Positions 8,754-17,327 of a stretch of 64,000 nt of DNA are shown here, piece after piece. The first letter of the stretch is position 1, and every line of letters starts with the position of its first letter. Position numbers and translations under genes: made by a program. The stretch is from Sphingopyxis sp. Lineage in GTDB: Bacteria; Pseudomonadota; Alphaproteobacteria; Sphingomonadales; Sphingomonadaceae. The stretch covers positions 36,778-100,777 of the forward strand of contig NZ_DASZAU010000006.1 of assembly GCF_035944815.1 (NCBI RefSeq), given 5' to 3'. The notes beneath the pieces were generated by a model. It was not told where the DNA came from. It worked only from the letters and a program-made list of their open reading frames with translations, and did no database searches.

Positions 8754-10538
8754 ATGATCGAGGCGGTCCGAGCTTTCATCGAAACCCATCAGGCTGTCCT
8801 GTCGCTGATCATTCTCGCCGCGATGTTCGTCGGCTTCCTGATGGAACGATTGCCCGCAACCGTCATCGCGATCCTTGGCGCCTGTACCTATCTCGCGCTC
8901 GGCATTCTCGATGCCGACGGAATGTATTCGGTCTTCTCGAACTCGGCGCCGATCGTCATCGGCGCGATGTTCGTGCTGTCGGGTGCATTGATCCGCACCG
9001 GGGTGATCCAGCGTGTCGCCGATGCGATCATGAAGCGGGCCGAGAAGCATCCGCGTCTTGCCATCGTCGAGGTGCTCGTCGGCGCGCTCTTCGCCTCGGC
9101 CTTCCTCAACAACACGCCGGTCGTCGTGGTGCTGATCCCGATCATGATGAAGCTGGCCGAAGTCACCGGGGTCAGCGCGAAAAAATTGCTGATGCCGCTG
9201 TCGATCGCGGCGGTGCTCGGCGGCACGCTGACCCTGATCGGGACCTCGACCAACCTCGTTGTCGACGGCATTGTGCGGCAGGCGGGGATGGAGCGCTTCG
9301 GCATTTTCGAGATCACGCACATCGGCCTCGTCACCGCGGCGTCGGGCATGATCGGTCTCGCGCTGATGTGGTGGCTGCTACCCTCCGACAAGCCCGTGCG
9401 GGGGCCTGCGGGGACGCATGACGCGCATCAATATCTGACCGAACTGGTGCTGGGCGAGGATGATGCACTTGTCGACATGACGGTCGAGGCGTTCAGGGAC
9501 TTGCCGCGATCGGGTCGTATCATCGGCGTGCGCCGCGGTTCGGTGGCGGTGCGCGGTGCCGATCTCGACAGCTGGATATTGACCGCGGGTGACCGTCTGA
9601 TCGTCCGCGTCGATGGTGCAACGCTGATGACCTGGCGCGAACAGGGGCGGTTCGGGCTGGGGATCGGCGGCGGCGAGCCCGCCGAGGGCGATGTCGTCGT
9701 CGAAACGATGATTGCGTCGAATCATCCCGCGATCGGCCAGCGGTTGATCGACATCCCCTTTCTGCAAAAGGTCCGCGCGCGCATCATCGGGCTCGACCGC
9801 CCGGCGCACGAACCCGGTCCGGATCTTGCCAGCGTCCGTATCCGCCCCGCCGATCGCCTGCTCGTCGCGGGTGGTCCGCGCGAGGTCGAGGCGCTGCGCG
9901 ACAATCCGCATCTGATCGGCGCCGACCTCGCCAAGGTGCGCGCGTTCCGCCGCCGCAAGGCATGGATCGCAATCCTCTGCATGCTGGGCGTCGTGACGCT
10001 CGCCGCGTTCGACATCATGTCGATCGGCGTTGCGGCGATCATCGCGATCGGCGTGATCCTCGTGACGCGCTGCATCGACAGCGAGGAGGCATGGGGGACG
10101 ATCGACGGCGACGTGCTGATCCTGATCTTCGCGATGCTCGCGGTCGGGCTGGCGCTCGAACAGAGCGGCGCGGTCGCGATGATGGTCGGCTGGGTCAAGC
10201 CGTCGCTCGCGGGACAGCCGATGTGGGTGCTGGTGTTCGGTATCTATTTTTTCGCGCTGATCCTGTCCGAACTGCTCAGCAACAATGCGGTCGCGGCACT
10301 GATGACGCCGGTGACGCTCGCTATCGCGGCCGAACTCGGCGTCGATCCGCGCCCGCTGGTGATCGCGCTGATGATCGGAGCGTCTGCCTGTTTCGCGACG
10401 CCGATCGGCTATCAGACGAATACGATCGTCTACGCCGCCGGCGACTATCGCTTCGTCGATTTCGTGAAGATCGGCGTGCCGCTCAACATCATCACCGGCG
10501 TTTCGACCTGCTTCGCGATCGTGTTTTTCCTGACCTGA
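8754..10538 (+). CDS. SLC13/DASS-family permease with central TrkA-C-like domains
   Basis: 594 aa. Polytopic halves flank a soluble middle region of about 170 aa, the architecture of SLC13-family anion transporters with TrkA-C inserts. Confidence 0.75.
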   Translation: MIEAVRAFIETHQAVLSLIILAAMFVGFLMERLPATVIAILGACTYLALGILDADGMYSVFSNSAPIVIGAMFVLSGALIRTGVIQRVADAIMKRAEKHPRLAIVEVLVGALFASAFLNNTPVVVVLIPIMMKLAEVTGVSAKKLLMPLSIAAVLGGTLTLIGTSTNLVVDGIVRQAGMERFGIFEITHIGLVTAASGMIGLALMWWLLPSDKPVRGPAGTHDAHQYLTELVLGEDDALVDMTVEAFRDLPRSGRIIGVRRGSVAVRGADLDSWILTAGDRLIVRVDGATLMTWREQGRFGLGIGGGEPAEGDVVVETMIASNHPAIGQRLIDIPFLQKVRARIIGLDRPAHEPGPDLASVRIRPADRLLVAGGPREVEALRDNPHLIGADLAKVRAFRRRKAWIAILCMLGVVTLAAFDIMSIGVAAIIAIGVILVTRCIDSEEAWGTIDGDVLILIFAMLAVGLALEQSGAVAMMVGWVKPSLAGQPMWVLVFGIYFFALILSELLSNNAVAALMTPVTLAIAAELGVDPRPLVIALMIGASACFATPIGYQTNTIVYAAGDYRFVDFVKIGVPLNIITGVSTCFAIVFFLT

Positions 10539-10612
10539 GATTGCCCGCGGCGCGACACCCTGTTACCCCCGCCCGATAATTGCCCGCCGGGGCGGGACAG
10601 GGGAGTGATTGG

Positions 10613-11956
10613 ATGGCGCGTCGCCTTACTTTGTACATATTGATCGGCATGGTCCTGGGGATCGTGGTCGGATATCTGGTCCGCGTTACCGTCCCCGCCG
10701 ATAGCCAGGCCTATGAATATTGGCTGCGCAGCTTCGGCACGCTCGCGACCATTTTCCTCAACCTCATCAAGATGCTCGTCGCGCCGCTGATCCTCGGCAC
10801 GCTCGTCGCGGGTATCGCGCATATGGGCGACAGCTCCGCACTGGGGCGCATCGGGACACGCGCGATTGCCTGGTTCATCATCGCCAGCCTGGTCTCGATC
10901 AGCCTCGGCCTGATCATGGTCAATCTCCTTCAGCCCGGTGTCGGGGTCGACATGACCGCTTCGGCGCAGTCGGTCGGCGAGGTCAAGAAGCTCGATATGT
11001 TCGAATTTATCGAACATATTTTTCCCAAGAATGTCATCGCGGCGATGGCGGAAAACAACGTCCTCCAGATCCTCGTCTTCTCGCTGTTCGCCGGCGTCGG
11101 GCTCACCGCGCTGGGTGAAAAGGGCAAGCCGCTGGTTCGCGGCGCCGAAGCGCTGGCCGAGCTGATGCTGCAGATCACCGGCTATGTCATGCGCCTTGCG
11201 CCCTTCGCGGTGTTCGGCGCGCTGGCCAAGGTCGTCGCGCAATATGGCCTCGGCATCCTCGCGACCTATGCCGAGCTTTTGATCGAATTCTATATCTCGC
11301 TCGTGCTGCTCTGGGTGCTGCTGCTCGCTGCCGGCGCGGTCTTCCTGCGCGCGCGGATCATCCAGTTGATACGCTATATCCGCGAACCGCTGCTGATCGC
11401 CTTCTCGACCGCCTCGTCCGAAGCGGCGATGCCGAAGCTTTTCGAACAGCTCGACCGCTTTGGCGTGCCGCGCCGCATCTCGGGCTTTGTGCTGCCGCTC
11501 GGCTACAGCTTCAATCTCGACGGATCGATGATGTATGCGAGCTTCGCGACGATCTTCATCGCGCAGGCCTATGGCATCGAACTGTCGATCGGGACGCAGA
11601 TCCTGATCCTGCTGACGCTGATGGTGTCGTCGAAGGGCATCGCGGCGGTGCCGCGCGCCAGCCTTGTCGTCATCACCGCGACGCTCGCGATGTTCGACCT
11701 GCCGGTCGAGGGCGTCGCGCTGGTTTTCGCGATCGACCATTTCCTCGACATGGGGCGCACCGCGACCAATGTCGTCGGCAATGCCGTGGCAACGTCGGTC
11801 ATCACCAAGTGGGAAGGCATGCTCGAACATCCCGACCCCGCCTTCGCCGAACGGCCGCACGCCCCTGCGCATACCGGGCACCATGGAACCCGCGGGCTCG
11901 ATATTCGTGATAGTGACGATGCAGGGGAGAATAAACCAGCGGCCGACAACGCGTAA
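10613..11956 (+). CDS. dicarboxylate/amino acid:cation symporter (DAACS family)
   Basis: Trimmed to ATG 10613 (RBS ggggag upstream). DAACS motifs are present (FSTASSEAAMP, GIAAVPRASLVVI, DHFLDMGRTATNVVGN). Confidence 0.88.
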   Translation: MARRLTLYILIGMVLGIVVGYLVRVTVPADSQAYEYWLRSFGTLATIFLNLIKMLVAPLILGTLVAGIAHMGDSSALGRIGTRAIAWFIIASLVSISLGLIMVNLLQPGVGVDMTASAQSVGEVKKLDMFEFIEHIFPKNVIAAMAENNVLQILVFSLFAGVGLTALGEKGKPLVRGAEALAELMLQITGYVMRLAPFAVFGALAKVVAQYGLGILATYAELLIEFYISLVLLWVLLLAAGAVFLRARIIQLIRYIREPLLIAFSTASSEAAMPKLFEQLDRFGVPRRISGFVLPLGYSFNLDGSMMYASFATIFIAQAYGIELSIGTQILILLTLMVSSKGIAAVPRASLVVITATLAMFDLPVEGVALVFAIDHFLDMGRTATNVVGNAVATSVITKWEGMLEHPDPAFAERPHAPAHTGHHGTRGLDIRDSDDAGENKPAADNA

Positions 11957-12003
11957 CGCGCGAGCTTCGGGCCGCCCACATCGGGGCGAGCAAGGAGCCG
12001 GCC

Positions 12004-13329
12004 ATGGCCGAAACGGCGGCAATCGATCAGGCGGCGCGGGATGAGGCCCGCGCCCGGCGGCTACGTTGGCGGATGCTGGCGGGCTTCGTCGCTGGCCTGA
12101 TAATCGGGCTGGGCGTGCATTATGGTGCGCCCGACGCGGCGTGGGTCGAAACGGTCACCACCTATGTAACGGGGCCGGCGGGGCAGATTTTCCTCCGTCT
12201 GCTCTTCATGCTCGTCATCCCGCTGCTCGTGTCGGCGCTGATCGTCGGCGTTGCCGAAATGGGCGAGATGCGTGCGCTGAAGTCGGTCGGCGTCCGCACC
12301 CTCGTCTACACGATCGCGGTGTCGAGCATCGCGGTCGTCGTCAGCCTCGTCGTCGTCAACGCGATCCAGCCGGGTGCCGGGGTCGACCCCGCGCTCGCGC
12401 GTTCGCTGATGGCCGAGGGCGCGGCGGGCGCGCAGGCGATCGCCGACCGTGCGGGCGAAGCGAAAACCGGCATGGACGCGGTCGTCGCGATCGTCCCCGA
12501 CAATATCTTCGCCGCGATGGGCGCGAACGACGTGCTCGCGGTGATGTTCTTCGCGCTCTTCTTCGGCATCGGGCTGATGCTCGTCCGCACCCCGCAGACC
12601 GAGGCGTTGAAGACCGTCGTCGAGGGCGTGTTCGAGGTGGTGATGAAACTCATCGGCCTCGTCATCCAGCTCGCGCCGATCGCGGTCTTCTGTTTCATGT
12701 TCAATCTTGCCGCGCAGTTCGGTTGGGACCTGATCATCCGCCTGTCGGCCTTTGTCGGCGTCGTGTTGCTCGCGCTCGCGATCCAGATGTTTATTGTCTT
12801 CCCCGTCCTTTTGAAGACGCTGGCCGGCAAGTCGCCCGTCGCCTTCTTTCGCGAGACGCAGGAGGCGTTCGTGATGGCCTTTGCGACCGCTTCGTCGAAC
12901 GCGACGCTGCCGACGGCGCTGCGCGTCGCGCATGACCGGCTGCGCCTGCCCGACAAGGTCGCGCGCTTCGTCCTCACCATCGGGGCGACCGCGAACCAGA
13001 ACGGCACTGCGATGTTCGAAGGCGTGACGGTGATCTTCCTCGCCCAATTCTTCGGCATCGACCTGACGCTCGATCAGCAGTTGGTCGTGATGCTCGTGTG
13101 CATATTGGGCGGGATCGGGACGGCAGGTGTTCCGGCCGGATCGCTGCCCGTGATCGCGCTGATCCTCGCGTCGGTCGGCGTGCCGCCCGAGGGGATTGGC
13201 CTGATCCTTGGCGTCGATCGGTTCCTCGACATGTGCCGCACGACGCTCAACGTCATTGGCGACCTTGTCGCGGCGACGGTCGTTTCGGCGGGCGCGACAG
13301 ATCGGGCGCCCGCCGAAACCTCATCCTAA
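12004..13329 (+). CDS. dicarboxylate/amino acid:cation symporter (DAACS family), tandem paralogue
   Basis: 441 aa with the same family motifs (FATASSNATLP, GTAGVPAGSLPVI, DRFLDMCRTTLNVIGD). Confidence 0.88.
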   Translation: MAETAAIDQAARDEARARRLRWRMLAGFVAGLIIGLGVHYGAPDAAWVETVTTYVTGPAGQIFLRLLFMLVIPLLVSALIVGVAEMGEMRALKSVGVRTLVYTIAVSSIAVVVSLVVVNAIQPGAGVDPALARSLMAEGAAGAQAIADRAGEAKTGMDAVVAIVPDNIFAAMGANDVLAVMFFALFFGIGLMLVRTPQTEALKTVVEGVFEVVMKLIGLVIQLAPIAVFCFMFNLAAQFGWDLIIRLSAFVGVVLLALAIQMFIVFPVLLKTLAGKSPVAFFRETQEAFVMAFATASSNATLPTALRVAHDRLRLPDKVARFVLTIGATANQNGTAMFEGVTVIFLAQFFGIDLTLDQQLVVMLVCILGGIGTAGVPAGSLPVIALILASVGVPPEGIGLILGVDRFLDMCRTTLNVIGDLVAATVVSAGATDRAPAETSS

Positions 13330-14270
13330 TTATCGCGGACGCGACCTTCGCGATTGGGTTCGGGTGCCTGACGTGCAGGGCGCGGCGCCTCGCGCACGAC
13401 GGGAGCGGGGCGGGCGACCGGCGCGGGCCGCGCAGCAGGCGGCGGGCTCGCGACCGGAGCGGGGCGCGGGCGCCCGGCGCCCGGACCCCGGTCGGGGCGG
13501 CCGCCATTGCCATCGCCGCGATTCCAGCCGCCGGGTCGTCCGGGGCGGCCGGCACCGCCGTCGGGACGCCCGGGATTGCCAGCCGCGGGCGGGTTGCCGG
13601 GATTGCCGGGGCCGCGGCTGGGGCGTGTTCCGCGCGGGCCGTCATTATCGCGGTCGGGGCGGTTCCACCCGCCGGGGCGGCCGGGGCCGCGATCGGGGCG
13701 ACCGGGATTGCCGGCAGCGGGCGGCGTAACGGAGTTGCCGTCGCCGCGACCGGGTCGCGTACCGCGTGGGCCGTCATTGTCGCGGTCGCCGCGGCCCCAT
13801 CCGCCAGGGCGGCCCGGCCGGCCATCGCCCGGTCGACCGTCATGATCGCCGCGACCCCATCCACCGGGGCGTCCCGGCTTCCAGTCGCCGCGCCCGCCGT
13901 GATGCTTCCACCAGGCGCGACGCCCGCCCCAATAGTTCAGATACTGGCCGCGCAGCGGATAGCGGTTGCGATAATTGTCGAACATCCACAGGCCGTAGCC
14001 GGGGTAGTAATAGCTGTCGTACCAGCCGCCGCCGAAGCCGATGTTGACGAAGCCGCTGCCATAATCCGACGCATCGTAGCAGTCGTAGCCATAGCCATCG
14101 TCATAGGCATAGCCGTCGCCGTCATAATAGGCGTCGCCGTAACGTGCCGAGCAATCGCCGCCCGAGGCATAGCTCGCGCCATAGACGTCGCCATAATAGC
14201 AGCCGCCAAGCGTCGTCGTCGCGAGCGCGCCGAGCGCGATGGACAGGGGCCGCTTCAAACTCTTCGCCAT
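13326..14270 (-). CDS. repeat-rich lipoprotein (Tyr/Gly/Asp-rich N-domain, Pro/Gly/Arg-rich tandem repeats)
   Basis: Track ORF trimmed to ATG 14270. It has a signal peptide plus lipobox (MAKSLKRPLSIALGALATTTLGGC). The low-complexity body contains five RGD tripeptides. Confidence 0.6.
   Translation of the reverse strand: MAKSLKRPLSIALGALATTTLGGCYYGDVYGASYASGGDCSARYGDAYYDGDGYAYDDGYGYDCYDASDYGSGFVNIGFGGGWYDSYYYPGYGLWMFDNYRNRYPLRGQYLNYWGGRRAWWKHHGGRGDWKPGRPGGWGRGDHDGRPGDGRPGRPGGWGRGDRDNDGPRGTRPGRGDGNSVTPPAAGNPGRPDRGPGRPGGWNRPDRDNDGPRGTRPSRGPGNPGNPPAAGNPGRPDGGAGRPGRPGGWNRGDGNGGRPDRGPGAGRPRPAPVASPPPAARPAPVARPAPVVREAPRPARQAPEPNREGRVRDN
13467..13895 (-). repeat. in-frame tandem coding repeat, period about 132 bp (44 codons), about 2.5-3 copies
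   Basis: gggccgtcatt(a/g)tcgcggtc recurs at 13636 and 13768 (132 bp apart). The protein units are GRPGRPGGWGRGDRDNDGPRGTRPGRGDGN..PPAAGNPGRPD and GPGRPGGWNRPDRDNDGPRGTRPSRGPGN..PPAAGNPGRPD. Confidence 0.8.
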
Positions 14271-14444
14271 AGCTTTGTCCTTTTGGGTCCAACGGATGCG
14301 ACCCGTCTTCATGGATCGCAAATTGCGCGAGTCGAGTTGAATTTGCGGTGAATGGTGTCCCGTACCGCGAAAGGGCTTACTTGCATCGTTGTCAGTAGTG
14401 CGTTACCCATGACGCCAAGGCAAGATGGACGAGGATGTGACCCG

Positions 14445-15836
14445 ATGAACGCGCCCGCGAATATCCAATGGTCGGAGGCCCGCTTCGGCCCCGAAACGCA
14501 GCATTGGCTGCCGCGCAACCCGGGCAGCACGCTCGACCATATCCCGGGTGAGGACGGGATGCCGGTGCTCGGCAACACGCTCGAACAGCTGCGCGACTAT
14601 CCGAGCTTTACCCGGCGGATGGTCGCCAAATATGGGCGCGTCTATCGCAACAACAGCTTTGGCGGGCGCAGCGTCGCGCTGCACGGGCCCGAGGCGAACG
14701 AACTGGTGATGTTCGATCGCGAAAAAATCTTTTCGTCCGAACAGGGCTGGGGACCGGTGCTCAACCTGCTGTTCCCGCGCGGGCTGATGCTGATGGATTT
14801 CGAAAAGCATCGCGCCGACCGCAAGATATTGTCGGTCGCGTTCAAACCCGAACCGATGCGCCACTATGCCGAATCGCTGAACGAAGGAATCAAGGGTCGC
14901 ATCGGCAAGTGGAGCGGCAAGACCTTCAAATTCTATCCGGCGATCAAGGAACTGACGCTCGATCTTGCCGCGACGAGCTTCCTCGGCATTCCCTGGGGTC
15001 CGGAAGCCGACAAGGTCAACAAGGCATTCGTCGACATGGTGCAGGCGTCGATCGGCGTCGTGCGCGTGCCGTTGCCTTTCACCGCAATGGGGCGCGGCGC
15101 GAAGGGCCGCGCCTATCTGGTCGACTATTTCGGCAAGATGGTTCCCGAAAGGCGTGAAGGCACAGGCGAGGATATGTTCAGCCAGATCTGCCGCACCCGC
15201 GACGACAATGGCGCGTATATGAGCGTCGAGGCGATCGTCGACCATATGAACTTCCTGATGATGGCGGCGCACGACACCATCACCAGCTCGATCACGACGC
15301 TGGTGTGGGAACTCGCGCGCCATCCCGAATGGCAGGACAAGTTGCGCGAAGAGATGCTCGCTGTCGCCCCGGCGGGCGAGGGCGTCGGGCACAACAGCCT
15401 TGGCGAGCTGGAGATGACCGAATGGGCGTTCAAGGAAGCGCTGCGGCTCGTGCCCCCGGTGCCGAGCTTCCCGCGCCGCGCGCTCAGGGATTTCGAATAT
15501 GGCGGCTATCGCATCCCGGCCGGAACGTCGGTGGGGGTCAGCCCCGCCTATACGCATATGATGGAAGAGCATTGGCCCGAGCCCGAAAAATTCGATCCGA
15601 TGCGCTTTTCGCCCGAAGTCGCGCGCGAGCGCCACAAATATGCGTGGGTGCCCTTTGGCGGCGGTGCGCATATGTGCCTCGGGCTGCACTTTGCGTATAT
15701 GCAGGCCAAAATCTTCTTCCACCATGTCGTGACGACGCATCGTATCGTCGTTGCCGACGGCTATGCGCCCGAGTGGCAGGTGCTCCCGATCCCGCGGCCG
15801 AAGGACGGGCTGACGGTAAGTTTCGTGCCGCTATGA
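14445..15836 (+). CDS. cytochrome P450
   Basis: Heme-thiolate loop FGGGAHMCLGLHFA, an EXXR region (EALRLVPPV) and the I-helix (MAAHDTITSS). The start is trimmed to ATG 14445. Confidence 0.9.
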   Translation: MNAPANIQWSEARFGPETQHWLPRNPGSTLDHIPGEDGMPVLGNTLEQLRDYPSFTRRMVAKYGRVYRNNSFGGRSVALHGPEANELVMFDREKIFSSEQGWGPVLNLLFPRGLMLMDFEKHRADRKILSVAFKPEPMRHYAESLNEGIKGRIGKWSGKTFKFYPAIKELTLDLAATSFLGIPWGPEADKVNKAFVDMVQASIGVVRVPLPFTAMGRGAKGRAYLVDYFGKMVPERREGTGEDMFSQICRTRDDNGAYMSVEAIVDHMNFLMMAAHDTITSSITTLVWELARHPEWQDKLREEMLAVAPAGEGVGHNSLGELEMTEWAFKEALRLVPPVPSFPRRALRDFEYGGYRIPAGTSVGVSPAYTHMMEEHWPEPEKFDPMRFSPEVARERHKYAWVPFGGGAHMCLGLHFAYMQAKIFFHHVVTTHRIVVADGYAPEWQVLPIPRPKDGLTVSFVPL

Positions 15837-15911
15837 CCTGACCGGCTGTCCCCGCTTGTTTCCGCGGTGCAGCGACCTATCTCCAGACTTTCGGGGAACG
15901 GAGGGGCCGCG

Positions 15912-16352
15912 ATGGTTTTTGCGTTGTTTCTTGCGAGCTTGATCGCCGTGATGTTGTTCGCGCCGGGTACCGATGCCGCGCGCTGGCTCCATCGGGTAAC
16001 GGTCGAGGAGCCGATCCGCCTCGTCGAGCGGTTCGAGCGCAAGCATGTGCTGTTCCTGATCGTCGGCCTGTTCGCCATCCAGGCTTATGCCGCAGTTTTG
16101 CCGGCCGAGCTCGCCATCGCGCTGGCATGGGACATGACCGCCTATGTCGACGCAATGATCGCCACATGGGCCTTGTCGACTTTCGCACGCTTCAATTCGA
16201 TGAAGGCATGGGCATCCGTCCGGATGGCTGCGATGCTGGCGCCGTTCAGGCGCCTCCGCGCACGTTTGCGGCGAAGCCGCCCGACCCGGACCGATGGGCA
16301 GAAGCCCGCCGCCAACGACGACGACCCATGGCCTGTAACGGTGGCTGCCTGA
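15912..16352 (+). CDS. hypothetical membrane protein
   Basis: Track ORF 15867..16352 trimmed to ATG 15912. It has 3-4 hydrophobic helices (MVFALFLASLIAVMLF, HVLFLIVGLFAIQAYAAVL) and a basic C-tail. No family recognised. Confidence 0.45.
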   Translation: MVFALFLASLIAVMLFAPGTDAARWLHRVTVEEPIRLVERFERKHVLFLIVGLFAIQAYAAVLPAELAIALAWDMTAYVDAMIATWALSTFARFNSMKAWASVRMAAMLAPFRRLRARLRRSRPTRTDGQKPAANDDDPWPVTVAA

Positions 16353-16355
16353 AAC

Positions 16356-16850
16356 TCACCCGCGGATAAACAGGTTGCGGATCCATGGCGACCGCGCGCG
16401 CGTCGCTTCGCGCCAGTCGCCATCCTCTGCCGTGTCGGGCGCGGCGCGGCGCGGGTCCAGCAGCTTCAGCCTTGCGCCGCGAAACTCCGCGGCCCGATAG
16501 GTAACGAGGGTCAGCCCATGTTCCAGCGCCGTCGCCGCGAGCAGCGCGTCGCTGTCCCGGTCGAGCGGCAGCGCCGCGCGGCGGCGTACGACGGCGATGT
16601 CGACCGGCAGGATACGACCGTCGAACGCGGGGAGCAGCTGGCCGTCGATCCAGCCGCGCCATGCGGCGCCCGCCGCCTTGCCCTGCTTCGCCGCGATCGC
16701 AGCGGCCTTTTCCAGTTCGACGAGCGAAAGCGCCGACAGGAACATCGATTGGCGCGACGTGCGCTGCGCCCAGCCGGCCAGCATTGCGCCGTCGCCATCG
16801 GTCCGCATATCGCGAAGGTCGAGCAGGATTTCGCTGTCGATGAGGAACAT
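16356..16850 (-). CDS. PIN-domain toxin (VapC/FitB-like) with a C-terminal extension
   Basis: The N-terminus MFLIDSEILLDL and later acidic positions (VELEK, DSDALLAATALEHGLTLVT) fit a PIN fold. At 164 aa it is about 25-30 aa longer than typical VapC. Its start overlaps the antitoxin stop. Confidence 0.75.
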   Translation of the reverse strand: MFLIDSEILLDLRDMRTDGDGAMLAGWAQRTSRQSMFLSALSLVELEKAAAIAAKQGKAAGAAWRGWIDGQLLPAFDGRILPVDIAVVRRRAALPLDRDSDALLAATALEHGLTLVTYRAAEFRGARLKLLDPRRAAPDTAEDGDWREATRARSPWIRNLFIRG

Positions 16851-17095
16851 CAGTGACCCCCTGCGCGATCGCGTGCGCGGTGCAGGCAGGTACGATCGAG
16901 CGGGGCGTCGCCCGGCGCTGCGGCGAGCAGCTGCGCCATATTCTCGCGCTCGCCGCTCAATTGGCGCCAGGCGTCGATGCTGACGAGTACGTGCGTCGGG
17001 CGACCGCGATCGGTGACGAATACCGGTTCGACGAGTGCGAAGCGTTTCGCGCGGCTGACGTCCTGATTGAGTTCGCGGCTCGTAACGCGCTTCAT
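16850..17095 (-). CDS. Phd/YefM-type antitoxin
   Basis: Track ORF trimmed to ATG 17095 (RBS gagg). MKRVTSRELNQDVSRAKRFALVEPVFVTDRGRPTHVLVSIDAWRQL is the typical Phd/YefM N-domain. Confidence 0.75.
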   Translation of the reverse strand: MKRVTSRELNQDVSRAKRFALVEPVFVTDRGRPTHVLVSIDAWRQLSGERENMAQLLAAAPGDAPLDRTCLHRARDRAGGH

Positions 17096-17327
17096 TCCGC
17101 CTCTCGCCTGATAGCGTTCACATGTAGGTATGTTACTACACTGTGGCCACCCCGCAACAAATTTGAACGAGACCGGGGGAATCGGCCTTCCGGAGAGGAC
17201 CAATCGCCCAGTTGGTATTGCATGGTGCGCGCGTTCATGGCTCCCTCACACTAGGGAAACGGGAAATGACGGCTCTATTCGAGTCGCAGGCCGGCAATGG
17301 CAGGGGAGAGCGAAATTGGTATCAGAT

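Noticed and set aside
10445-12022. 525-aa minus-strand ORF
   Set aside because: It is antisense to the first DAACS transporter gene. A highly charged translation is the opposite of what a real gene overlapping a membrane-protein gene would need, and there is no RBS.
13467-13895. Regularly spaced repeats that could suggest a CRISPR array or a collagen-like (G-X-Y) protein
   Set aside because: The period is 132 bp with no unique spacers, and it lies in-frame within a lipoprotein ORF. Gly is not held at every third residue beyond four triplets, so it is neither CRISPR nor collagen-like.
13098-14351. 417-aa plus-strand ORF, together with several 100-200-aa ORFs in the 13.2-14.2 kb region
   Set aside because: These are frames of the GC-rich tandem repeat. 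Only the minus-strand frame gives a signal peptide, a lipobox and a coherent repeat unit.
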